NCBI GenBank assembly: GCA_947589025.1
Contig: CANQAY010000007.1
Location: 2,919 to 66,918, forward strand
Source of the DNA: an uncultured Clostridia bacterium
GTDB taxonomy: Bacteria > Bacillota > Clostridia > Christensenellales > UBA1242
DNA length: 64,000 nucleotides
Direction: 5' to 3'
The stretch's first letter is position 1. The number at the start of each line of letters is the position of its first letter. Position numbers and translations under genes: made by a program. This document shows, one piece after another, positions 47,628 to 55,254 of the stretch. The notes beneath the pieces were generated by a model. The model worked only from the letters and a program-made list of their open reading frames with translations, was not told where the DNA came from and did no database searches.

Positions 47628-48866
47628 ATGTCGAAATTGAAGAAGTTCGGTATTGCCATTGCAGTTTTGTTGTTAATTGTATGTCTAGGTATAAATGTTT
47701 GGTATCTAGGTATTTCTTTCCTTGGCAATGAGAAAATTGTTGCCAACACGTTTGAAGTTGGCCTGCAAAAATTAGAAGACGGCGATACCGACTATTTTGT
47801 AGAGGTCAACTACATGGCAGATATGTTTGAGGTTAAATTCAATTATCTGCTTGACGAAAACAAAACTGCATTCTTCAGCCAAGGCTTACAATTTATGGCC
47901 GACAATACTGGCACAATTCAATTTCCATTTGTTATGGACGATAACCGCTCCCATTGGCTAACAACCGATATACGCGGTTGGGCTGCGTTTACAGAGGGCA
48001 CCTACTCTATTTACCTTGACGGCTATTTAGGCCAAAATACATATAACTACATGTCGGGCGACAATTATGAGAGTGTGCAAAATTCCACCAATCCGTTTAA
48101 CCAAAACAGCCGATTTAAAATAACTTTAGGCGAAGATACTTATTTAATGGCGTTTAAGGGCCATGATATTGGTTATGGAACTACCATTAACAATTATGCT
48201 TACACCACTTATTGGAAAGACACCAGCGCATCATTGATGGACTGGAAACATGATTTCTATTATTCTAGTGACGTTTATTACTTCTGCTATTTGTTATATA
48301 ACGCTTTAAGTACGGTAGAAAACGGAACGAAAAGCCCACACATTTTTGAATTTGGCGATTTGTTCGATTACTATGAGTATGATGAAGGCAGTGCCACATA
48401 CAACGAAAAAGTTAACTTAGATAAAGCTAAATCAATTTCAAAAGACATTCGCTCATACTATTCAATCATGGTTAATAAATCTGCCAATAAAGTGCAAAAA
48501 GCCACCGACAGCTTGTTTAATTGCGTTGGCGGCAATGCCAATTTCAATTTATCAGGTGACTACGCCAGCGACGACTATTACATTGGAAGAACAGTTATTA
48601 CAGCTGGGAACAAAGCTTTTGATTTAGTTAAGGTTGCAGATAACAACTACGCCCTTAAATTAAGAGATGATTTTGTTGCCAAATATATAGATATTGCAGA
48701 TGTAATCTTCTTGCGAGTTGAAATTGACTTAGATTATTACAAAAAGCAAAACATCAATTTTGTTGGCTTTACAGCTGACAGCCATTTGGAGTTGTTTAAA
48801 AATAAAGAAATTCACACTTTGGAAACCAAAAACGGAGATGTGGTTAAAAGTGAGGTGTCATTATGA
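47628..48866 (+). CDS. N-terminally membrane-anchored protein, function unknown
   Basis: 412 aa. MSKLKKFGIAIAVLLLIVCLGINVWYLG is a signal anchor. The ectodomain is Tyr/Asn/Asp-rich. Confidence 0.55.
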   Translation: MSKLKKFGIAIAVLLLIVCLGINVWYLGISFLGNEKIVANTFEVGLQKLEDGDTDYFVEVNYMADMFEVKFNYLLDENKTAFFSQGLQFMADNTGTIQFPFVMDDNRSHWLTTDIRGWAAFTEGTYSIYLDGYLGQNTYNYMSGDNYESVQNSTNPFNQNSRFKITLGEDTYLMAFKGHDIGYGTTINNYAYTTYWKDTSASLMDWKHDFYYSSDVYYFCYLLYNALSTVENGTKSPHIFEFGDLFDYYEYDEGSATYNEKVNLDKAKSISKDIRSYYSIMVNKSANKVQKATDSLFNCVGGNANFNLSGDYASDDYYIGRTVITAGNKAFDLVKVADNNYALKLRDDFVAKYIDIADVIFLRVEIDLDYYKKQNINFVGFTADSHLELFKNKEIHTLETKNGDVVKSEVSL

Positions 48867-50788
48867 TAGCAAAATTATTTGGCACTGATAGCTTCTTAAC
48901 AATGTTAGGAATGCCAAAATTTTGGTTTATAATGGCCATAATTGTTGGCCTTATAGTTGCTTTAGTGTATTGTATAAAATACTTTAAAAGTGGCGGCAAA
49001 TACGTTCTTTTAATTCTATTTACTGTTGCCATGATTGCCTTAACTACTTATAGCGGCGTGCAGCTTTACTACTATTACAATGCACATGGCGGAATATATG
49101 GCGCGCTAACGGGCATATTTAACCCGAATGAAGTTGTTGTTAACGAGTTAAATTATGAATTTAAAAACATTGAGTTAAAAGAAGATGGCGACAACATTTA
49201 TTCGGCAGATATAATTATAAATGAAGTAATGCAGCTGGATAAAGACACAGTTTACGGCGTTTATGTAAACAACATGCCTTGTGACTATGTTGAGAATGCG
49301 CAAGACTACGTAATGGCTGATTACACCTATAAATTTTATGATAGACAAATGTACGAAATTATAGAAGATACATTATCCATAAAATTTGCATTCTACACAA
49401 ACAGCACATTAATAAATATTTCCACCAAAGGCGGCGAAAATGCGGTTAAATATTGGCACTATTATTTAAATAAGAACACGTTTATTGTTACAGTTAAGCC
49501 AACAAATTATAATACTAGTGATTATTTAACTTATAGCAATGGGGATTTATCCAACTATGCCACTTTAACATTTAAATACGACGATAAAACAATTTTATCC
49601 GTTCATCAAAAAGATACCGTTATTACTCTGCCCGAAGCCGACAACAAATGGTTTGGGGGCTGGTACATTGGCGATGAGCTTTATTCAGGCCAATACACAG
49701 TAAAAGACAATGTTACTTTTGAGGCAAAATATAACTACGTTGTTTTGGACCTTGATATACAAAACGAATTAAAAAATATAAAAACATCTCTGCCCGCAGA
49801 ATATGAGTTAACTGGTACACTTACAACTTTAAGTGATTCTTACAATTATGGAGACGTGATTAAAGTTAGCAAAAATGACGAAATGACAATTGACTTAAAA
49901 GTTAATTCAGACTCTGCAGTGTGCTCAAGTATGTCAATGGAAGTTGACACCGACGGCAGCTACACTGATAATTCCCAAGACGGAGCCCTGCAATTAAGCT
50001 GGGAAAACATAACTGAAATTAAAATAGTTATAGTTTTAAACAACTTAGATGTTAACCCCACTTTTGGCTTAAATGACTGGGATACAATTGCAGATGTCAG
50101 TGAGTACATTTCAAATAACAATTTAACCACAGCTGAAATTGAAGCAACTTTTGATTGGCACATTGGTGATGAAAAAGACACCACGGTAAACGTGGAAACA
50201 ATAACGTTATTGATACTTGGTTTTAACCACGATGATTTATCTGACGGCAGCGGTAAAGCTGGAATCAGCTTGGGCATGAAAGACTGCTTGTCAACGACTT
50301 ACTCAATGAACTCGACAGACACAAATGCCGGCGGTTGGGATAAAAGCGAAATGCGTACAAACACAATGGCAACGCTATTATCACAACTTCCTGCCGATTT
50401 GCAAAAAGTTATTAAGACCGTAGACAAAAAAACAACTGTCGGAAATGAGTCCACAGCAATAACAACGTCGAGTGACAAATTGTGGCTTTGTGCCTATGGC
50501 GAGATTGTATCGCCTACGGCAATTGAAAACAGCATTGAAAGAAACATAAGAAACAACGCCGCTGCGTTTAAAAGCGAAGGCTCGCAATATGATTATTATA
50601 AAAATCTTATCGGCGACGCCGACCCTTGGGATAATGGAATAAGGGCCTTAGTTAAAAATTGTAACTATTGGTCACTGCGTTCGCCTAATGTTGAATCTGT
50701 CCAAGGATTTGCCAATATCTTCATGGGATGTGCCTGCTGGACTTTTGCCGATATCGCTTACGGCGTGTCGTTCTGCTTGTGTATTTAA
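48863..50788 (+). CDS. Multi-TM-anchored surface protein with an InlB-B-repeat-like unit and a C-terminal domain shared with the next gene
   Basis: 641 aa with 3 N-terminal TMs. WFGGWYIGDELYSGQYTVKDNVTFEAKYN resembles the Listeria-Bacteroides repeat. The C-terminal roughly 250 aa are paralogous to 50845..51870. Confidence 0.55.
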   Translation: MIAKLFGTDSFLTMLGMPKFWFIMAIIVGLIVALVYCIKYFKSGGKYVLLILFTVAMIALTTYSGVQLYYYYNAHGGIYGALTGIFNPNEVVVNELNYEFKNIELKEDGDNIYSADIIINEVMQLDKDTVYGVYVNNMPCDYVENAQDYVMADYTYKFYDRQMYEIIEDTLSIKFAFYTNSTLINISTKGGENAVKYWHYYLNKNTFIVTVKPTNYNTSDYLTYSNGDLSNYATLTFKYDDKTILSVHQKDTVITLPEADNKWFGGWYIGDELYSGQYTVKDNVTFEAKYNYVVLDLDIQNELKNIKTSLPAEYELTGTLTTLSDSYNYGDVIKVSKNDEMTIDLKVNSDSAVCSSMSMEVDTDGSYTDNSQDGALQLSWENITEIKIVIVLNNLDVNPTFGLNDWDTIADVSEYISNNNLTTAEIEATFDWHIGDEKDTTVNVETITLLILGFNHDDLSDGSGKAGISLGMKDCLSTTYSMNSTDTNAGGWDKSEMRTNTMATLLSQLPADLQKVIKTVDKKTTVGNESTAITTSSDKLWLCAYGEIVSPTAIENSIERNIRNNAAAFKSEGSQYDYYKNLIGDADPWDNGIRALVKNCNYWSLRSPNVESVQGFANIFMGCACWTFADIAYGVSFCLCI

Positions 50789-50844
50789 TAAAACAATTTA
50801 ATATCCGCCCTTGTGGCGTAAAACAAAAATTTTAAGGAGGAAAA

Positions 50845-51870
50845 ATGAAAAAAAGAATTTTAATATTTTCTATTGTTATATTAACAAGCTTGTTATTAGC
50901 TCTTGGCGGAATAGTTGGCTTTTATGTTTACGATAGAAAAAACGGCAACGATTGGTTTGGTCAAGCCAACGCTGCAGAAACTCCGCCAAGCAATATTGCT
51001 GGCACCAGTAAACCGGCCAATGTTAATGCCACATTTGGCTTAAATGACTGGGATACAATTGCGGATGTCAGCAAATATATTTCAACTAACAATTTAACCA
51101 CAGCTGAAGTTGAAGCAACTTTTGGTTGGAAAATTGGCGACAAAAAGGAAATAACCATTTCTGAAACCGATGTTAATGTGGCCGATGACGGCTATCTAAT
51201 GATTATAGGCTTTAACCATGATTATTTATCTAGCGACCACAAAACAAAAGCTGGTATTACTCTACAATTAGCAGGTGGCATGCCTACTACTACCGACGGA
51301 GGTAAAGCATATAATGGTTACAAATTCGCCAATGATGGACAATTTAAAGGTGACTGGTCAACTGTAGAAATGCGTACAACAACTTTGCCTACAATAAAAG
51401 CTGGTTTACCTGCGGATTTGCAAAAGCTTATTAAACCTGTAGATAAAAAATATATAACTACCGAGAATATTATAGGGACTGTAAGTGACGAATTATTTTT
51501 ATTGGCTACCCCAGAAGTGTTTTCTGAAACTTGTTACCCGGGAGATGACTCTACGGTGCCAATTTTAAGCGCTTTTGAAGGTACACAATATGAATATTAT
51601 AAAAATTTCATCGGCGACAGACGTTTTAGTGCAGAATACGAGGATTCTATTGGACTATTTTTATGGAAAGCTTATCATTCCTATGAAAATCAAGTTAAAA
51701 CAGAACATCCCGGTGGGCGCGACGACGGCTGTAGCTGGTGGCTACGAACTATGGCTGAAATAGAGTCATCTACAAAAGCATTTTTTGTAGGAAGTATGTA
51801 TAGCGTTCCTGATTCTGAATTAAACCCTATCGGTTCTAATATTTCAATCTCATTTGCGCTTTGCATTTAA
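50845..51870 (+). CDS. Signal-anchored surface protein, paralog of the C-terminal domain of the preceding gene
   Basis: 341 aa. It shares FGLNDWDTIADVS.YIS.NNLTTAE.EATF, GFNHD, LPADLQK.IK.VDKK, QY.YYKN.IGD, W.LR and the terminal SF.LCI. Confidence 0.55.
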   Translation: MKKRILIFSIVILTSLLLALGGIVGFYVYDRKNGNDWFGQANAAETPPSNIAGTSKPANVNATFGLNDWDTIADVSKYISTNNLTTAEVEATFGWKIGDKKEITISETDVNVADDGYLMIIGFNHDYLSSDHKTKAGITLQLAGGMPTTTDGGKAYNGYKFANDGQFKGDWSTVEMRTTTLPTIKAGLPADLQKLIKPVDKKYITTENIIGTVSDELFLLATPEVFSETCYPGDDSTVPILSAFEGTQYEYYKNFIGDRRFSAEYEDSIGLFLWKAYHSYENQVKTEHPGGRDDGCSWWLRTMAEIESSTKAFFVGSMYSVPDSELNPIGSNISISFALCI

Positions 51871-51883
51871 TTAAGAGGTAAAA

Positions 51884-52702
51884 ATGGCATTTACACATGT
51901 TATAGGAAAACCAAGGCGTGGTAAAACATCTTGGGTGGTGGCTCAGATTATTCAAAACGATTTAAAATATTTTAACAGCAAATATTATGCAGCGGTAAGG
52001 TATATAAAAGATTTTAATAGAAGATACAACACCAATTTAAGTTTACCACCGCAAAGGCATGTTGTGTCTGCCAATATTGATATCCATCGCAGATACCCCA
52101 CAATGTCAAGTTACCCTATTTCGGGTTTTGATTTTGGTGTGCCAAATAAATATCACAAAACAAAAAGGCTTATCCCCTATGGCGTGTACGTTTTTGACGA
52201 GGCCCAAAAATATTTTGACAGCAAGGGAGACAAAGATTTGCCGCCATGGGTAACCCAAGCCTTTGAGCTTAGAGGCCACATATTCCTAGATATTTACTGC
52301 ATTACGCAACGTGATGTGAGATTGCACAAAGATATACGCGAAACAGCGGACAGAATTGTGCTGATTGAAAAATCAATACACACTTTTTTAGTGAACGGCA
52401 GAAAAAGGAAATCGGATAGATTCATAGACGGCAAACTTATTAAAACAACGTTTTATGGCCGAGAATTTGAAACATATGAAGAGGTTGAGGCCTATAAAAG
52501 TGATAAAACAGTTGGCAAAAAAATTAAAGACGAATTTGTTGGAGACATACGAAATTTTTATGACCCTAACAACTTTGCAGTGACAATAGAAGAATATGAT
52601 GGAGATTTTGATTATTACGATTATAGCAATACATTTGGCGAAAAGCCTGCTTCTTGGCGTAATTATAAAAAGAAGCTTGCAAAGGAGGAAAAAGTTGCAT
52701 AA
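51884..52702 (+). CDS. Zot / pI-like P-loop NTPase (filamentous-phage assembly ATPase family), tentative
   Basis: 272 aa with Walker A IGKPRRGKTS, Walker B VYVFDEAQKYF, and ELRGHIFLDIYCITQRDVRLHKDIRE resembling the Zot HRH.G.D...ITQ block. No C-terminal TM. Confidence 0.55.
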   Translation: MAFTHVIGKPRRGKTSWVVAQIIQNDLKYFNSKYYAAVRYIKDFNRRYNTNLSLPPQRHVVSANIDIHRRYPTMSSYPISGFDFGVPNKYHKTKRLIPYGVYVFDEAQKYFDSKGDKDLPPWVTQAFELRGHIFLDIYCITQRDVRLHKDIRETADRIVLIEKSIHTFLVNGRKRKSDRFIDGKLIKTTFYGREFETYEEVEAYKSDKTVGKKIKDEFVGDIRNFYDPNNFAVTIEEYDGDFDYYDYSNTFGEKPASWRNYKKKLAKEEKVA

Positions 52703-53081
52703 CGAAGATAACCTAGACAATATACAAGATTTAGTCCCTATTTTTGCCGATTTCAAAGAATGCACAGAGTATTTTTATGATGAATTAGGCAAATTGGAAG
52801 AAGTGCCTAATTTAACTAATAGAGACAGAAAAAAGTTAAAGAAATGCATAATGTCTTTATTCCATAAGCATTTGGGCCTTTTAAAAACAAAAGACAAAGC
52901 GCAAAGGAAAAAAGAGATTGCTTCGGTTAACAAAACGCTTGCCGAATTGCGAAACGTTAAAAGAAACACCAATGCACGAATTCCAATAAACTCCGCCAAA
53001 CAATTGCCGCCAACTGAGAATGTTGACAAAAAATTGTTAACAGGTGAAGTTGAATCAGAAAACGCGAAGCCTGCTGGTTAA
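52695..53081 (+). CDS. Hypothetical basic protein
   Basis: TTG start 5 nt after AAGGAGG, overlapping the Zot stop. This is the C-terminal 128 codons of track ORF 52596..53081. Confidence 0.45.
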   Translation: MHNEDNLDNIQDLVPIFADFKECTEYFYDELGKLEEVPNLTNRDRKKLKKCIMSLFHKHLGLLKTKDKAQRKKEIASVNKTLAELRNVKRNTNARIPINSAKQLPPTENVDKKLLTGEVESENAKPAG

Positions 53082-53103
53082 TATCTTTAGATATTAATCT
53101 TTA

Positions 53104-53181
53104 AAAATCAAAATAGCAATAAGTGGCAGACACAATATCAGGCAGAATGCCGATTTGTGCTGACACATTGCTTTTGATTTT
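53104..53181. repeat. Long imperfect hairpin (about 78 nt)
   Basis: Outer arms are aaaatcaaaatagcaat / attgcttttgatttt. Inner arms are cagacacaa / ttgtgctg. The apical hairpin is ggca-gaa-tgcc. Confidence 0.6.
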
Positions 53182-53318
53182 AATTTCATTAACAAACGCC
53201 AACTTGTTGGCGTTTCAAAATTGCAAAAAACTTCAAAATTTTCAAACATTCAAAAATTTTGAAAAACAACAAAAAATTAAAAAAATTTTTTAAAAATTCA
53301 AAAAATGGAGGCAAATTT

Positions 53319-53501
53319 ATGATTTTAGAAGAAAAATTAAGGCAAATTCTCAAAAAAAAGCGTTGGACGCAAAATAGGCTGGCCAAGCACATAGGTGTTA
53401 TTCCCTCACGTTTAAACAACTGGTTGCACGGAAAAAGTCATCCAAATGCAGAATGGCTAACGGACAAAATTGACGCATTATATAGCGAATGCAATCGTTA
53501 G
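53319..53501 (+). CDS. Small XRE/Cro-like HTH protein
   Basis: The start is moved to ATG 53319 (GGAGG RBS). MILEEKLRQILKKKRWTQNRLAKHIGVIPSRLNNWLHGK. Confidence 0.6.
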   Translation: MILEEKLRQILKKKRWTQNRLAKHIGVIPSRLNNWLHGKSHPNAEWLTDKIDALYSECNR

Positions 53502-53588
53502 GAGGAATTATGAAATTAGAAGATATATTTACATCGGTTGGTCTCTGCAATTGTGATAATGGAGTAAATGATGCATAGGAGTTTAAAA

Positions 53589-53864
53589 ATGTGTAGTATT
53601 TCTGACAAACCAAAATTTAAAAACAAAAATCGAGTTATAGAATTGCGAGATTCTTTTTCTAAAAATAAGCTACGGATTGATGAATTACCCAAAGATGTTT
53701 TAACGGAATTGTTTGTGGTTGCAGTTGAACGCATTGATGAAAAGGAAAATGGCGGAGAGCATGATGAGCGAGACTGGAAGGACTGCCTTTGCGACAAAGA
53801 ATTTATAATTGATGAGTTGTTCGAAAGGTTACAAGAAAAAGTCAATTTAGGTATTTATGAGTAG
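53589..53864 (+). CDS. Hypothetical protein
   Basis: The start is moved to ATG 53589 (AGGAG RBS). 91 aa, acidic. Confidence 0.45.
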   Translation: MCSISDKPKFKNKNRVIELRDSFSKNKLRIDELPKDVLTELFVVAVERIDEKENGGEHDERDWKDCLCDKEFIIDELFERLQEKVNLGIYE

Positions 53865-53872
53865 GAGGAGTT

Positions 53873-54181
53873 ATGAACAAAGACGAATTATTTGCAAGTT
53901 TAAACGACATAAAAAAGCCTGCCCTAGTATCCATGTATATGAGCTTATACAACAGCCGTGAGGAGTTATTAATTCAACACAAAACGGTTTTAAAGAATTG
54001 GGGCCCGCATTTGGAAGAATTGCGCCAAGCCGTAAAAGATAAAGACCAGCGCATAGCCGAACTTGAAGAAGAAAACTCGAAATTAAATAATTACAACGAA
54101 GAGCTTCGTAAAAATTATGAAAAATGCATTGAATACTGGAAGCTCAAAAATATATGGAGGAACGAAAATGAAAATATTTAG
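53873..54181 (+). CDS. Hypothetical coiled-coil protein
   Basis: 102 aa with AGGAGG RBS. Confidence 0.5.
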   Translation: MNKDELFASLNDIKKPALVSMYMSLYNSREELLIQHKTVLKNWGPHLEELRQAVKDKDQRIAELEEENSKLNNYNEELRKNYEKCIEYWKLKNIWRNENENI

Positions 54182-54470
54182 CAATATAAAATTTTTATTC
54201 TTATTCGCCACCGCCCTAATATGCTGCGCAATAAGTTACCCGTTACTTAATTTAGTTGTACATATTTTAAACGATGGCAACATACTTGCGTCACTAATAA
54301 CCGGGTTTATTGTTGTTCCGCTTGGCATTGGTATATTCATAGCTTCGATTCTCAGTGCTCTAAGCCTTTTTGTTAGAGGTCTAATATTCAAAACCAAAGT
54401 TTGGTGGATTTTGGGTGTGCTGTTAATGTTGGCGAATGTTGGCGCGGTTGTCTATGCTTTTTTAGTGTAA
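54168..54470 (+). CDS. Small 3-TM membrane protein
   Basis: The start is moved to ATG 54168 (GGAGG RBS). 100 aa, hydrophobic. Confidence 0.5.
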   Translation: MKIFSNIKFLFLFATALICCAISYPLLNLVVHILNDGNILASLITGFIVVPLGIGIFIASILSALSLFVRGLIFKTKVWWILGVLLMLANVGAVVYAFLV

Positions 54471-54471
54471 T

Positions 54472-54500
54472 AAAAAAACTAGCGATTGGCTAGTTTTTTC
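54472..54500 (+). terminator. Terminator at the end of the element's rightward operon
   Basis: aaaactagc-gatt-ggctagtttttt. Confidence 0.65.
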
Positions 54501-54508
54501 ATAAACAT

Positions 54509-54577
54509 TGGGGTCAAAAATCAACTGATTTTTTTGATTTTTTGCTTAAAATTTGGGGTCAAAGTTTTGGTCAAAAC
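54509..54577 (+). repeat. TGGGGTCAAA arm-type repeats near attR (two good copies, one degenerate)
   Basis: tggggtcaaa at 54509 and 54554. ttggtcaaaa at 54568. Confidence 0.6.
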
Positions 54578-54655
54578 TATTTTGGAATGCCAATATGTTG
54601 TGTAATTTTTTTATGTTGCATACACGATTTTGTATGCGCTATGTGATACTATGAC

Positions 54656-54713
54656 GACTCTTAATCAGTGGGTCCGGGGTTCGAGTCCCCGGCGGTCCAC
54701 CAAACAAAAAACT
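54656..54713 (+). repeat. attR core (58 bp, displaced 3' part of tRNA-Lys)
   Basis: Identical to 42032-42089. It is followed by actcct-ttaacc-aggagt and a T-run, which looks like the native tRNA terminator (54711-54733). Confidence 0.9.
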
Positions 54714-54731
54714 CCTTTAACCAGGAGTTTT

Positions 54732-55241
54732 TTAAATTTCAAACATAATAAAGTTTGCGTTGCCAATTTTCATCCATTGCACTTCAGTTGATTTATAGAT
54801 GTAGCTTGTTAATGCATATGTTGTTGCGCTGTGTGCCACAATCAAAACGCTTTCATCCGCTTTGGTTTTTTTAATTATTTCATCAAAAACTTTATAGTTT
54901 CTAGTTATAAATTCATTCAATGTTTCGCCCACCCTATCATTCTTTGGCTCAACATAATTTAAATTCATGTAATTATCCCACCAACGCTGTTCGGCAGGGG
55001 TTGTTGGCAAATGTGTGAGTTGAAAACGCTCTTTTAATTGCTTTTTTACATTAATTTTTGAAATTTTAAGCAATTTTTGCACAATTTCGGCCGTTTCAAC
55101 ACATCTATTTGCCGATGAAGAATAGATTTTTGCAACATTGAACTCTTTTAACTGTTTTGCAATGGATTTAACATTCTTTTCACCCTCTAATGTTAAATGA
55201 TCTTTATCATGTTCGCCATGCCTAAGCAAAATTAATCGCAT
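54732..55241 (-). CDS. Histidine phosphatase family protein (phosphoglycerate-mutase-like)
   Basis: 169 aa with the MRLILLRHGEH catalytic RHG motif. Confidence 0.75.
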   Translation of the reverse strand: MRLILLRHGEHDKDHLTLEGEKNVKSIAKQLKEFNVAKIYSSSANRCVETAEIVQKLLKISKINVKKQLKERFQLTHLPTTPAEQRWWDNYMNLNYVEPKNDRVGETLNEFITRNYKVFDEIIKKTKADESVLIVAHSATTYALTSYIYKSTEVQWMKIGNANFIMFEI

Positions 55242-55254
55242 AACAAATCTCCTT

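Larger units (their letters stand above)
42032..54713. mobile_element. Integrated element at tRNA-Lys(CTT): candidate inovirus-like prophage or phage satellite
   Basis: Bounded by a perfect 58-bp direct repeat. Contains a tyrosine integrase, XRE repressors, a divergent promoter region, a replication-type protein and a Zot-like ATPase. No capsid, terminase, tail or lysin genes. Confidence 0.85.
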
